Part shown: positions 1 through 15,856 of the stretch, piece by piece | How positions within the stretch are numbered: position 1 is the stretch's first letter | How the letters are laid out: each line of letters opens with the position of its first letter | DNA from: Octopus vulgaris | Lineage: Eukaryota | NCBI GenBank assembly: GCA_951406725.2 | Contig: OX597815.1 | Location: 44,888,001-44,952,000 of the forward strand | Direction: 5' to 3' | DNA length: 64,000 bases | Notes under the pieces: model-generated | Database searches by the model: none | What the model saw: the letters and a program-made list of their open reading frames with translations, nothing else | What the model was told of the DNA's origin: nothing | Translations under genes and position numbers: made by a program

Positions 1-894
1 GTACATTATTTTATCGATCCAATAAGGATGAAAGGCAACGCCGACCCCCAGAGAAAACGACAACATACCAGCCACAACAAAAACAAACAGGAGTATCAGG
101 TTGTGATTATAAATAAGCAAGGCAGTTAAATTCGCAACGATTTTTGACAGAACGAGAAAGATCATATACACAAAAAAAAAAATCCAACAAAACAAAGTGC
201 TTATAAAAACAAAAGAAAATAGGAAAAAATTGTGAAAAGGCGTCGTATAAAACAACACAAATAAATGAATGTAATCCCTAAAAGAAAGGGAATGAAAAAG
301 GGATGGAATATTATAACTGTAATAAGAAATGGGGTGTATAAATAAAATGGGTGAAGGACGAAGAAGTAAAATAGAAAACAAGGGAGATAACAACTGATCA
401 CCGTATCTAGGAAATATTAGTTGGCTGCCGAAAACATTGGTTACAGAAAATGTAGACTGACGGGTCTCCCTTTAAGTTTGTTAATGGCGCCACTAAACAT
501 TACCAAAATGAATAACTCATCAGCTTTCCTGAAGCTATGGCTCCTAGTTAAGGCGCGCGTGACGACTTCCTTTAGCGATAAGGTCGGCAGTCATCACAAG
601 TAGTGACGCCACATTACTGCATAGACCAAGTCGTCTGGCTGACGACATGTTTTAAACCATAACAACATCTCTGTGGAAATTGACAAGAGAAATAGGTGAC
701 AATTGTTTCTTTTAAATAAATAATTATTTTTATTAATTTACGCATTCACACGCACACACACCCATATATGCACATATGGATTATAAACACATATACACAT
801 ACGGATTATAAATATACAATATATATATATATATAATGTACACACACAAATACAATTGCAGAGACATAAAAACATATACATACTGAATAGTTGT

Positions 895-1360
<466 letters not shown>

Positions 1361-1362
1361 GA

Positions 1363-1496
<134 letters not shown>

Positions 1497-1846
1497 GCGT
1501 TTAGTTTTATAGCTGGGAGGGTAACTGCTCAATTGTATATGTATATGTGTTTGTATGTCTCTGTAATCATATTTAAGTGTATATTTAAGTCTATTCTTAG
1601 CTACAATAGCGACAACATGAATTTCTTCCATCTTGTTGCTCTGTTAAGAAAAATTATATTAATTTGTGCAGCTGCTGATAGCACTGCATTTAAATTGATG
1701 TAATGATTGCATTGTTCAATGCAATCCGGTTGATATCCGGTTGCTTATTTTGATTATGTGTGTGTGTGTGTGCATACATACATATATATATATGCGTATC
1801 TACATATTTGTATATATGTACACACACACCCACACATATGTGTAAA

Positions 1847-1926
<80 letters not shown>

Positions 1927-1940
1927 AAGAAAAATATGTA

Positions 1941-2181
1941 AAATAGTCTTAATGGTAAAAAGTCCAATTCCTTGGATGACGTTAAAAGATACCTTGATGA
2001 ATTCTTTGCCATGAAAGCACCTCAATTCTCAGAAGAGGGTATTTTCAAGTTAAAGGAAAGATGGAGACGCATTGTGCAACAAAATGGTTCGTATTTGGCT
2101 GATTAAAAGTGTAATGGCAAGTATTTATTGACCTTTTTCTTTTCTTTAAAAATCGGCACTAACTTTCCGGACAACCCAATA
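1941..2181 (+). mobile_element. Tc1/mariner transposon 3' remnant (transposase C-terminus plus right TIR)
   Basis: Reads [54 protein letters not shown], the typical mariner C-terminus (GIxKLxxRWxxxxxxNGxY). Followed by a TIR-like 'aaaatcggcactaactttccggacaacccaaTA'. Confidence 0.85.
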
Positions 2182-2499
2182 CATTGTTTCTTTAATATTC
2201 ATCGTAACTATATATCACACACTCGATCACGCAGACCTACACATTTGCTCACATACGTATACATGCTCACACACAAATACATGCACTCTGTAAAAACAAT
2301 TATACAAACGCTCATACACCCGCGCAAGCGTTTTATTCTTTATTTCTTTACTAGTTTTGTGCCCCACATAGAGGCATATAACAAACAGTCATATATAAGT
2401 TTGTGCTAATCCCAATCACAAATACATACGCATACAGGGGTGCGTACATGCATGAAGCCCCAACGCATATATATACGCTATACACATGAACAAAAAACA

Positions 2500-2812
2500 T
2501 GGCACTCTGACGGTTACGATGACGAGGCTTCCAGTTGATCGATCAACGGAACAGCTTGTTAGTGAAATCAACGTGCAAGTGACTGAGCACTACACAGACA
2601 CAGCAGTTCTTTCTCTAGAAGATTCTGTGTAACACAGAATTTGACAAGGCTGGCCTTTTTAATTGAAGGTGCAACTCATTTTCATCAGCTAAGAGCTGAC
2701 TGAACTGGAGCAACGTGAAATAAAGTGTCTTGCTCAAGGACATAACTCGCCGCCGGAAATCGATCACCTAACGTTACGATTATCAGCCAAAAACCACTAG
2801 GCCACGCACTTT
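2500..2812 (-). mobile_element. tRNA-derived SINE (family C), degenerate
   Basis: Minus strand starts 'gcgtggcctagtggt...' and contains 'gtccttgagcaagacacttta', a common SINE core. A related plus-strand copy lies at ~19105-19360. Confidence 0.6.
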
Positions 2813-3584
2813 CACATCCCAATAGCGTATACATACACTTTAAAATAAATGTTGCGTGAGATAATTTGAAATATTTTTTGAAACGTATTATAAAGTAGAC
2901 CTAATTCCACAAATATAAAGTTCTCGCTCCGCTGTGGAAAGTATAACAAAATGGTTCCTCACGTTGATTTATTTACCTGTCAGCAAATTGATTTCAATCA
3001 TTCAGCCCAACTTTTATTGCTCTTGTTCTCTTAATCACAGAGAGCACACCTAATTTCATTTTCCATACCTAGCCTCTTCAATTTTGCCATTTATCGACCA
3101 TGTACGATCTTTTGATTCTCTTGTCTGACATAGTATTCAGTAGTCCCATTATTCATACAGCGTTAAGTATCTTTTCTAAATTTTTCTGTGATCTGGATTA
3201 TTTAACTAGCTTTGCCAGTAAAATATCTAGTTTATTTTTTCAGTTACCCTTCCTTTTATCGCTTTTTACAACTTCGATTTCTAACTCCGTTCACGAAAAT
3301 ACTTTGTTGTGCTGTATATTGCACGAATGTATGATCATCTGATTGACAATTGAACATTTAAGACAGTTCGGAAATAGTTTCTGACAACGCTCAAGTACAT
3401 TTTCTTCTTTTTGTCCAGCCTGTTCTTGTTTCGATATTGTTGAATAGTTTAGTCTACCAAATCCACTCACAAGGCATTGGTCGGTCCGAGGCTATAGTAG
3501 AAGACATTTGTCCAAGGTTCTACACAGTTGGTACTGCACCCGGAAAGATGTGGTTGGGAAGCAAGCTTCTTATTTCTGTATTGC

Positions 3585-3793
3585 CCACAAGGGGCTAAAC
3601 ATAGAGGGGACAAACAAGGACAAACAAAGGGATTACATCGACTCCAGTGCGTAACTGGTACTTAATTTATCGTCCCCGAAAGGATAAAAGGTAAAGTCGA
3701 CCTCGGCGGAATTTGAACTCAATATGTGAAGATAGACGAAATGCCGCTAAGCATTTCACCCGGCTTGCTAACGTTTCTACCAGCTCGCCGCCT
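3585..3793 (-). mobile_element. tRNA-derived SINE (family B, Nin-domain-like)
   Basis: Reverse complement of 'ggcggcgagctggcagaa..gttagc...gagttcaaattccgccgaggtcgactttgcctttcatcctttcggggtcgataaattaagtaccag'. Confidence 0.85.
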
Positions 3794-4802
3794 GCGGTAA
3801 GAAGCTTGCTTCTTACCGCACAGCCACGCCTGAGCCTATAGTGTCGATATTATATAGAATAGGAATAGAGAGTATATAGTAAGTATAAAATCCGAAGGTT
3901 CTACCGATAGTCAGCATCGGTAATCAATGAGTATACAATTGGCAGGAAATGCTTTCTGACAATACCTTATATATATACGAGATGTCAATTTGCTTTGCTA
4001 TTTTACAAGAATTTTCTCAGCATATATGCAGTATCTAAGGAGGTCGGCTACGGTATCTGATGTAGTATGAACACTGTACAGGATATTCTATCAGTCAGAA
4101 TATTCGGGTTTTTCTTGTTTCATTTTACTTTTCTCTTTTTTTTTTTCGTCTTTTTCTTTAGCTTTCCATAATAATGCGGCGCGCTTATTATTACAATAGG
4201 AACAACGATTGTTGACATTCCCAAACATTCCCCACATTCATTATACTTCCAGTTCCAGTATTTTTGCACCCTCTTATCTTGAGATAAGACTGTGCGCGTG
4301 CGCGTATCCCCAATAGTAAAGACACATCTATTAAATAACATGATAAATATTCTTGTTTCTTTATTACGGTAAATAGGTCGTTAGCTTTAATTGTTCTATG
4401 TGTATTGACAGCTATATCCCAAATGATGTCATGTTCCCATGTGTTACAAAATTAAGACGGTTGAAGGTGTACTATATATTTAGATATATACCTACTTCTT
4501 TCTATATATATATATAGATATATATGGAAAGAGATTTTATGATTATATCCTTATCTTATAAGTATATATATATATTTATATATTCTTATAGTCTTTTATT
4601 TGTTTCAGTCGTTTGACTGCGGCCGTGCTGGGGCACCGCCTTTAAGTCGAAGAAATTGACCTTGGGACTTATTCTTTGTAAGCCTGGTTCTTATTCTATC
4701 GGTTTTCTTTTGTCGAGCCGCTAAGTTACGGGGACGTAACTACACCAACATCGGTGAGAGGACAAAAACAGACAGAAAGATACACACTTAAATATATGCA
4801 TG

Positions 4803-4879
<77 letters not shown>

Positions 4880-4993
4880 GAAGAATATCGTTATACGTAT
4901 AAATATACCATAAACAATTATAGAAAAATGGAGGAGAAAATGTTGTTGAATCAAAATTAGATTTAATACAAAATAAGATTCAATAAAAATATT

Positions 4994-5073
<80 letters not shown>

Positions 5074-5343
5074 ATGTGTGTGTGGGTGTGTCCAATAGTA
5101 AAGACACATCTATTAAATAATATGATACATATTCTTGTTTCTTTATTACGGTATTGCATGTACATTTGTCTTTTTGTTTTTTGTTTGGGTGAATGTGTAT
5201 ATATTATGCGTATTTTACTTTTGTACGTGTGTTTAAATTTGTGTATGTGTAAAATTTCGTATATATATGTGTGTGTATATGCTTATATATATGTATATGT
5301 GTGCGTGTGTATGCATATTCCTGTATGCATGTGTGTATGTATG

Positions 5344-5392
<49 letters not shown>

Positions 5393-5589
5393 CCTTTATC
5401 TTTTACTTGTTTCAGTCATTAGACTGTGGCCACCCTGGGGCACCGCTTTGAAATTTTTGTTGAATGAATCGACCCCACCACTTATTTTTTAAGCCTGGTA
5501 TTTATTCTATCGGTCACTTTTGCCGAACCGATAAGTTACAGGGAGGTAAACACACCAACTTTGGTTGTCCAGCGGTGTTGGGGGACAAG

Positions 5590-5668
<79 letters not shown>

Positions 5669-6844
5669 GACTGGCTTCTTTCCGTTTCCGTCTACTAAAT
5701 CCATTCACAATGCTTTGGTCGGCCAGAACCTAGAGCAGAAGACACTTATTCAAGGTTTCACACGGTTGGGACTGAGCCCGATGGTGGTGGACAAACGCAG
5801 ACACAAAGGCACACTCACACACACACACACAGCAGGCTTCTTTCATTTTCTGTCTACCAGATCCACTCACAAGGCTTTGGACGGCGCGATGCTATAGTAG
5901 GAGACAGTTGCCCAAGATGCCATGCAGTGGTTGAGAAGCAAGCTACTTACCACACAGCCACGCTGGCCGATAAATATACCATAAACAATTATAGAAAAAA
6001 TGGAGGAGAAAATGTTGTTGAATCAAAATTAGATTTAATACAAAATAAGATTCAATAAAAATATTCTTGTGTTATAGTAGTTATTTATAGTGGTTATTGG
6101 TGTTTGCCGCTCCTGATTTCGTAGTTTTTTGTTACCTTTTTATCCGGTTGTAATTATGATACCGCAGCCTCTGTGGCAGCCATTGGTAAGGATAACCGTG
6201 TGTCATGTCACTGATATAATTGAATTTGTGTTATTCTGGTTCTCCTCTTTTTATTCTATATTCCTTTTTCTTTCTTTTTTTTCACTAGTATACACATATT
6301 CTTTATATTTTGTAGTGTGTTTAAATTTGTGTATGTGTAAAATTCCGTCCGTATAGCAACCAGGAAATCGTGTCGCTTTGCTAAATAAACAAACAAGTCA
6401 GGTGAATCGAATATCTGCCATAAGAGATATTCGTGTCAGCTGCGGCAAATTCTGTATGTCAGAATCTTTACCTAAACTATCTTTTATCTTCTATTTTTTA
6501 TCTTTTATCTTTTACCAGTTTCAGTCATTAGACTGTGGCCACCCTGGGGCACCGCTTTGAAATTTTTGTTGAATGAATCGACCCCACCTATTTATTTTTT
6601 AAGCCTGGTATTTATTCTATCGGTCACTTTTGCCGAACCGTAAGTTACGGTGACGCAAACACAACAACGCCGATAATCAAGAAGAGTTCGGTGACGCTAG
6701 GTGGAGATAGAAGTACGCTTTCATAACTTGTTGCCCGACGGGAGACTCATAAGACTGTGGCAGAGATTTTTCATGGCGTCAGCTGCAGTTTTCATCTTAA
6801 TCATTTAACATTAAAAATAAGGAATATACATATAATCCTTTCAA

Positions 6845-7025
6845 CGAGGCACAAGACCTGAAATTACAGGGGAGTGGGCTAGTCGATTACATCGACCCAG
6901 TATTTCACTGGCACTTAATTTATCGACCCCGAAAGGTTGAAAGGTAAAGTCGACCTCGGCGGAATTTGAACTCAGAACGTAGCATTTCGTCCAGCGTGCT
7001 AACGATTCTACCAGCTCGCCGCCTC
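6845..7025 (-). mobile_element. SINE family B copy
   Basis: Same consensus as 3585-3793. Confidence 0.8.
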
Positions 7026-7653
7026 AGGAATAAATATATAATGCCACGAAACTCTATTCTTGAATCTATACATGTCGTGTATTATCAATAAATGACTGAC
7101 CATATCTTTAGTGGCTTTCTTCAGTTGTTTAGGAACTATGGTATACGATTATGAGTGAAATTATTTTTAGCATGAGAGTATTTTCATACATAGATAAAGT
7201 ATAAATATATGTGAGTGAGAAAGATAAAACGTTAAATGTATTTGATAACAATTTATTTTAACATATAGAGAATACGGCAAAGTGTCAGTGGAATTATGTG
7301 CTTAGTAGAGGATGTAAGAGAATTTTACTCAGCAGGCTCTCTAATTCTGTTGAGTGCATATTTTTCCACACTTCAATGATCATAGTTAGAAATGATTAGA
7401 GCAATTCAAACACAGACACACAAACACACAAACACATATATAGTCCTTATAGACACCAGACTATTTGTTCTTTAATGACAAACTGACCAAATGACCGTAA
7501 CGGGTTCCTGCCTCCCAGAGGTAAACAGTTAGATTTGTCTTCTGCTTTAGAGTCTGACAAGACATCCACGAGGTTAAAGCCTTTGTGGATGCAAAACCAT
7601 TGGTCACTCTATAATCGGACATACTTTTAATATATATATGTGTCTGTATGTGA

Positions 7654-7732
<79 letters not shown>

Positions 7733-7929
7733 TGGATATATAGTGCATAAGAATTAGTATAGAAACGGCTATGTGCAAGTGCTATTTTTTACACTGCATC
7801 ATCAAATGTGTATACAGTTTCTTTGTTTCATTTATGTATATTTTTTTTCTTTTTTGTGCTTCTTTTCGTTTGTTATTGTTCTTACGTATATGTTTACAAT
7901 GTGTGAAATTGTGAACGTGTATATATATA

Positions 7930-7998
<69 letters not shown>

Positions 7999-8156
7999 TA
8001 CATATTTACGCACGGACATCGTGTATACAGATGTTTATTAAGTATATATATATATAAAAAAATGAGGTTACGTTAACCTACATACCTAGTTTTTATATTC
8101 AGATTTATTAGGCAAACGAGCACAAATAACTACTGTGTTCTCACGTGGGAGTCATT

Positions 8157-8194
<38 letters not shown>

Positions 8195-8588
8195 ATTTTA
8201 ACTTTCCTATGACATACAACTTTCAAGATGGTATAATTTGGTTGTTCATTTTGAACCGATAAAAAGGTTTTTTTCAAATATTTTATGTATAAGTCTGTGT
8301 GTGTGTATATATATGTGTTGGTATAAATATCAACACACAAAAATATTTTTTCTTCTCCACTTCCTCCCTTATTTTTATTTTTATTTTTATTTTTATTTTT
8401 TTATTTTTTATTCTTTATATTTTTATTTATTCTTTATATTTTTTTATTTTATTTTTTATTTTTTTGTTTTTATTTTATTTTATTTTTTTAATTTTTTAAT
8501 TTTTTATTTTTATTATTATTATTTTTATTTTCCCTTTTCTCTTTTTGTCTCTCTCCCCTTCTCCAAACACACAGACACACACACACAA

Positions 8589-8627
<39 letters not shown>

Positions 8628-8853
8628 CACACACAGACACACAGAGACACACACACACACACACACCTCCACAGAATGATCATAGAAAGTGTGACCCCAA
8701 ATGACATTTGCCAGGCCAACCTATGCACAACACACACTCAGTGACATTGAAATGGACAGCCAAAGTTCTTATAAAACCACAGGGGGTCCAGCAGACCAAT
8801 GGAAATAACACTTCTTCACTCTCAGATATAAATGCGCACACACACACACACAC

Positions 8854-8925
<72 letters not shown>

Positions 8926-9158
8926 TCTCTCTGTCTCACTTCCTCCTCACCCACTACTACGAAACTATAAAAAGGTTCAAACTACCCACAACTGATTTGA
9001 TTTGAAAACCCACTAGAATGGGAGCAAGCGCTAATCCGAATGATATGATATATATGTAAAAAATGTAATATATAAATAAATATCTACAAATATGAACCAT
9101 CTGATCTGATTACCTCAATTTTTCTAATATATATATATATATATACAAATATACATAT

Positions 9159-9189
<31 letters not shown>

Positions 9190-9249
9190 TATGTGTATAT
9201 ATATATACATATATATACATATATATATACATATATATACATATACATA

Positions 9250-9293
<44 letters not shown>

Positions 9294-9352
9294 CAAACAT
9301 ATATACATATGCATATACATACACACAAACACACACACACACACATATATAC

Positions 9353-9416
<64 letters not shown>

Positions 9417-9914
9417 CATATATATATATATATACACATATTCATATATATATTTTAATGTATACATACACACATATATACATGCATACATACATACATA
9501 CATGCATATATATATATATAGGTCCTGATAGTGTAGAAAGTCGGTGTATTTCCAAGGCACACCACAATACAAACAAGCACAACACGCGCGCGTGCGCACT
9601 GGAGGTGGGGGATGGATACTCGAGGAAGTATGTATGTATGTATGTATGTATGTGATTATAAAACAGAGAGAAAGAAAGTGAATAAAGGAAAAAATGGGGC
9701 GAGGGAACAAAAGCAAATCACTGTAAATCCAAACAAGGGAAGCAAAAACACTTAGGTAAATTAATGGAAACCTGTGTACTGTGTTTTGCTTCAGCTCAAA
9801 TCTGTCAAGAGACTTCCATATAATAATCATCTCATGTTGTTTCATTTTCTCAAGAGGTGATTTAATATTTTTCTTTTCCATAGTCCGTATTATTGTCGTC
9901 ATTATTATTATTAC

Positions 9915-9953
<39 letters not shown>

Positions 9954-9954
9954 T

Positions 9955-10412
9955 TTTTTTTTCTTCTTTCAAATTTGCTTCCATTTCTTGCCGAGTGTCT
10001 TCCCGACTCCTAGGGCAAAGAAACTCATAGTATACATTGGTAGGCCATTAAACTAAACTCAATAGTTCGTTCATTTTTTTTTTAAGTTAAATTAAAATAC
10101 TTGGGTAGTAATAGTTCTCACATCGACAATGCTCTTCTCAATACGTGTGATGTACCAGTTAAGACAATCTTTTGCACTTCTTGCAGGGATGGTAAGCCAG
10201 GGACCATTCTCATATAATTTTCGGTTCCCTTCTTGATCATTCCTAGTGCTCCTACGATCACTGGTATTGTAACCGCCTTGAGATGCCACATTTTCTCAAT
10301 TTAAATGAGTAGGTCTTTATATTTTCTGAGCTTGTCAAACTCTTTCGCTGAGATATTATGATCACAGGGGATGCGCATGTCGATCAATAAGCAAACTTTA
10401 TTGTTTTGGTCT
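9955..10412 (-). mobile_element. 5'-truncated REL-endonuclease non-LTR retrotransposon (R4/Dong-like) embedded in (TAA)n
   Basis: Minus strand reads KVCLLIDMRIPCDHNISAKEFDKLRKYKDLLI*IEKMWHLKAVTIPVIVGALGMIKKG...LTGTSHVLRRALSM*, showing REL motifs (D..IP, K..KY, PV.VGALG). A 3' UTR follows, and (ATT)n arrays lie on both sides. Confidence 0.85.
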
Positions 10413-10433
10413 TTATTATTATTATTATAATTA

Positions 10434-10474
<41 letters not shown>

Positions 10475-10498
10475 ACTACTACTACTACTACTACTACG

Positions 10499-10546
<48 letters not shown>

Positions 10547-10547
<1 letters not shown>

Positions 10548-10845
10548 AGGCGGCGAGCAGACAGAATCGTTAGCCCGCCGTGCAATATGCTTAGCGGTAT
10601 TTCGTCCGTCCCCACGTTCTGAATCCAAAGTCTGACGAGGTCGGCTTTGCCTTTATTCCTTTCGTTAGCACGCCGGGCAAAAATGCTTAGCAGTATTTCA
10701 CTCGTCGCTACGTTCTGAGTTCAAATTCCGCCGAGGTTGACTTTGCTTTTCATCCTTTCGGGGTCGATTAAATAAGTACCAGGTACGCACTGGTCACGAT
10801 GTAAACGACTTCATCTCTTCCCCCAAATAGGAGGCCTTGTGCTTC

Positions 10846-10932
<87 letters not shown>

Positions 10933-12265
10933 CATTATTATTAAGGCGGCGAGCTGGCAGAATCTTTAGCACGCCGGGCAAAATGCTTAGCGACATTTCG
11001 TCCGTCTTTACGTTCAGAGTCCAAATTTCGCCCAAGTTGACTTTACCTTACATCCTTTCAGGTTCGATGAATTAACTACCAGTGATATACTGGGGTCGAT
11101 GTAATCGACTAGTCCCCGCCCCCCCAAAATTTCAGGCCATGTGCCTATTGAAAGGATTATTATTAGTAGTAGTAGCAGCAGCAATTCTTTTGCTAGTGTT
11201 GCCCTCATCATTATCACAATCATCATCTCCATTGTCGTTGATATCATCATCATCATTACGATCGTATAATGTTTGGGTTTTTTTGCGGGGTGGGGTTCCT
11301 GAAAACACACTATGATGAAAAGAAGCAGCGTTAAATACAAAACAAAGAATTATTTTTAATAATTTCTTTTGCTTTTGTGCTCGTGTGATATAGTTTCTTT
11401 TTGTTTTGTATCCTTATTCCTTCGTATATCTTCCTGCTTATTTATTTATTTATTATTCTCCCCACCCCCAGAGCTGCCTCAGACTTAAGAGAATGGCTAC
11501 GTTCTGTGAAATCAATTAAACGAGAAAATGGGAAGTGGAGTGGGGAAACTTCTTCCAAAAAAATCTTGCAAGGTTAACAAAACAAAAGAAGAAACAAAAA
11601 AAAAAACACCAATACGTATCCATAATATGATACTATTTCTTGCATATATTTGTAGCGTTTTTGTGGTAGTTTTGTATTTTCTTGCCCTATTTTTTTCTGA
11701 TTCTTTGTTTTTGTTCACATTCGCTTTATTTTTTTTTTATTATTTATTATTAGTTTATTTACTTCTATTTAGATTTTCATTTTATTTCTTATTTCTTTTC
11801 ATTATTTTTCTTCCTTTTAAAGCCGGCGAGCTGGCAGAATCGCTAGCACGCCAGGAAAATACTTAGCGGTACTTCGCCTCTCGCTACGTTCTGAGTTCAA
11901 ATTCTGTCGAGGTCGATTTTGCCTTTTCATCCTTTCGGGGTCGATTAAAATAAGTACCAATTACGCACTGGAGTCGATGTAATCGACTTAATCCTCTCCC
12001 TCAAGCTGCTCTTAGAGCAAAAATTTGAAATAATTACTTTTCTTCCCTTATAGAGGCGACTAGCTTGCAGAATCGTTAGCACGCCGGACAAAATGTCTGG
12101 CGGTAATTCGCCTGTCTTTACGATCTGAGTTCAAATGCCACAGAGATCGACTTTTCCTTTCATCTTTTTGGGGTCGATAACTTATGTACCAGTGAAGCAC
12201 TGAGGTAGATATAATCGACTAACACCACCTTTCCCAGAAATTTAGGCCTTGTGCCTTTAGTGGAA
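10547..12265 (+). mobile_element. Cluster of SINE family B copies interleaved with (TTA)n/(CTA)n
   Basis: Copies start at ~10547, 10943, 11820 and 12053, each with 'ggcggcgagctggcagaatc' or a close variant. Confidence 0.8.
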
Positions 12266-12419
12266 AAGATTATTTTCTTCCTTTGTTTCATTCTTCCAGT
12301 TTGGCTTATTGTATTCTCAGTATATACCACATTATTTCAATTATTTGTGCGTCTACGTAATATTGTTTCGCATTCATACATGGTGGTTGTCTACTCCTTA
12401 AAACAGAATTTGACCACCT

Positions 12420-14568
12420 CCTGTACCTACACCTTAGAACTATCATGGCATTTGATGTGGCTTTTAACACCAGACAATATTCTGAAAAGACAACTACATA
12501 GATTGCACATCCGATTTGGACCACCAACAGTTGCAGATAAGTTCTGATCTTTGTGGATCTTAAAAATGACTTTTGAGGCCTCCATTAGATTTGTAAGCCT
12601 TCTGACGTACATTGCATTCAAAGGTGTGCACAGACATATAGGCAGAATAGTTGGTGGAGGTTCATTTCCCATGGGTTCGCAAATGAGATTTGAGCCCAGC
12701 AAAAGAAAGGCATGGTGTATCACAAACTGTGAACACAAAAGGTCATTGTCATTCACCTCGATCGTGACATTCTTCCTTAGATCTCTTTTGAGTCTTACAT
12801 GCGTCATCCTGGCCTCTTCAAATACTTTTACTCCACTCCACACTTCTGCTCGCCATCCAGGTCTATCCGAAGCAAGGGTTTCTATGCCTTCTGGATTCAT
12901 TCCAAGTGACTTCATAGTAGTCCTTACGCCGTCTTAAACCTTTTTGTAGGTTTACGCCGATAGCGTTTTCCCTCTGCAAGCTCACCATAAAACATCTGTT
13001 TCCTCATGCGCTCATCCGCCATTCGAACAATATGGCCACACCATTTCATTTGCTTCTTCAAAATCATAGCTTTAATTGAGGTGATGCCTGCAGATGCAAG
13101 GAAATCTGTGTTTGGAGTAAAATAACTTCATTTAATGTTTAAAATGCAAGGAAGGCATTTTTGTTGGAATTGTTCTAACAATTTAAAATGCCTTTCATAA
13201 CAAGTCCATATTTCACAAGAATACAACAGGAATGGTAAGACAAATGATTTGTAAAGAGCCAGCTTTGTATTATTATATATATGTCGCTGGCACCAAACAT
13301 GTGACTCCAAGCCACCAAATGCTTTTGCTGCCCTTTGAATTCGCAAATGTATTTCTGTATCAAAATTTCCATCATTTTGTAGAGCTTCCAAGGTAGATGA
13401 ACGAATCGACAACCTCAAGTAACTTACCCGTAACAAGAATGTTAGGGGGATTGCAAACAGTACCACACACAGGTTAATGTATTACACCTGTTTTCTTCAA
13501 GTTGATGGCCAAGTCAAAATCACCACAAGCTGAGTCAGATGCAGATACAAGAGATTGCAAACCAATTTCAAAATGACTGACAAGATTAAAATTATCAGCG
13601 TATAAAAGTTCCCTAATGAGTGAAGTAAAAACCATCGTTTTGAATTTCAATCTGGTCAGATTAAAAACATTCCCTGTTGTTCGATATTTTATGTGAAAAC
13701 CCTCCTAAGAGTTTTGAAAAGCATGTGACAACATAACAGCAAAATATATTGCAAAGAGGGTGGGTGCATCAAGGTATCCTTGCTTTATTCCATCTTCCAC
13801 GGCAAAAGATTCAGAGAGCCTACCACCAAAGTTAACTCTAGCTTACATATCTTGATGCAAAGCCCTGATCATGTTTACAAATTTTTCTGGGCAACCTATT
13901 TTCCTTAGAATTAGCCACAGAGCATTTCGATTAACAGTATCGAATGCTTTGCTCAAATCAACAAAGCACTGGTATAGAGCAAGATTCTGTTCAATGCACT
14001 TTCCTTGTAATTATCTGATAGTAAAGATACAATCAGCTGTGCCCCTGGAGGAACGAAAACCACACTGAGACTCAGACACTATGTTTGGAAGTATGAAGGT
14101 ATTTAAACGTTCTAACAAAATGCGGGCAAGTACCTTTCCAACCACAGACAAAAGCGAAATCCCACGAAAATTATAACACAGATCCTTTGGCCTCGATTTA
14201 TACAAGGAGACTAAAATGGCATCAATCTAGTCTTGAGGCTCTTTCTCAGTTCACCAACAGTAACAAATTAACATATTTAAGAGTTCAAATCAAGAGTTGT
14301 TACCCCCATATTTCAAGACTTCTGCACAGATTCCATCAGACCCTGTAAACTTATTGTTATTCAGCTTATTCACAGCTAAATAAATATCACTTAGAGTTGG
14401 TTTAAATGCCATCTCTTTTCTCACTGGAAGGTGTTCGATTTTTCCTATCGTCCTCATGTCAGCGGATGACGGTCTATTCAAAAGTGCAGAAAAATGTTCT
14501 ACCCAGCGCTTATGAATAGAAGCGGTGTCAGTCAGAAGCAAACGTCCATTTGCTGTTCTCACTGGAAC
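12420..14568 (-). mobile_element. Decayed RTE-clade LINE (reverse transcriptase pseudogene)
   Basis: Frameshifted fragments RWVEHFSALLNR, NFRGISLLSVVGKVLARILLERL, ESQCGFRSSRGTADCIFTIR, LLYADN, LLYSCEIW and ETLASDRPGWR. The 5' end is truncated at (TACA)n. Confidence 0.92.
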
Positions 14569-15856
14569 ATACATACATACATACATACATACATACATAC
14601 ATACATACATACATACATACATACATACATACATACACAAACTTACACAAATAGAAAAACAAATACATGCTCCTTAGAATACACAGCCACACATACACAC
14701 ATGTACAGAAACACAGATACACACGTGCATACAGACACATATACATAGATATAACTGTATCAAAGTGTTCGTATATTGAAGAGTAAAAATTGCAATTTCT
14801 GTCAAGTACGAAACAGAAGTAGTCAATATAGGTAATATACATAAATCGCAGTATGTGTGTATAATGACTAACGCATACATTTCCACAATTCTCAACCGAT
14901 TTTCTGCAAACTTTACACATACATTACTTATGTCCCAAGGATGGTCATGCACTATAACATTTTGCCCAGAATTCCCGCATAAACGGACGTAAATGGACAT
15001 AGTTTTTTGTATGTAGGGTCTTCCATACCTTTCTAATTACTTCGACTGTCGATCTGCGCGGTGATCCTGTCAGGAAACAGGATTTGGAAGCTGTTATTTT
15101 GTTTACATATAAATAAATGTTTATGTTAATTTAAAACATTTATCAAAAAAAATATTGTTTAGCTATTAGTTTTAGCACAACACGTGTTATGTCTCCGTTA
15201 ATTTTCTTTCATGTAAATAGATGTTTATATTTACCAAATTCGTTGTATGTACATATTTTTTGTATGTAGGGTCTCCCATACTTTTTTAATCTAATCGTCG
15301 CATAATGGCATTAGAGAATAGTTTTGACTTTGATCAGATTGACTAGCAACACTGTTCGCGATGAATATCCAATACCAAACAATCTTAATCTCCATATATT
15401 TAAGCTGCATCAAACTTTGGCAAGCTTACCTTTACCTATTCTGAGTTACCTGAAAGGTGATGTTCCATTTCCTCTCATCTATTTGCTAATAAGTTTGTTT
15501 ACCTACCAGTGCGTTGTTTCACTTTAAGGATGCTTATTTACCCATCCATTATGACATTTCGACTGTTATCTATAGTTTCAAATATGCTTTAGCATTGTGA
15601 CTCTAGACTTTTTAAACAATCACATATTATTCGTCCCAAAGAAACAACTTTTAAATAAGAATTGTGCTACGCTAGCAAAAGCTAAACGTATCTTTCAGAA
15701 AGCTCCATACCAATTTCTCTTTATGCGACATTCGATGTTACTTTATGCACAGGCTATGTGGCAAGACAGAATAAAGAGGCTTTTGTTAGCTTATAATAAG
15801 AATCGATAATCACTTGGTACACTAAAATCCATTTTCCTTCTTCAGATAATACAAGT

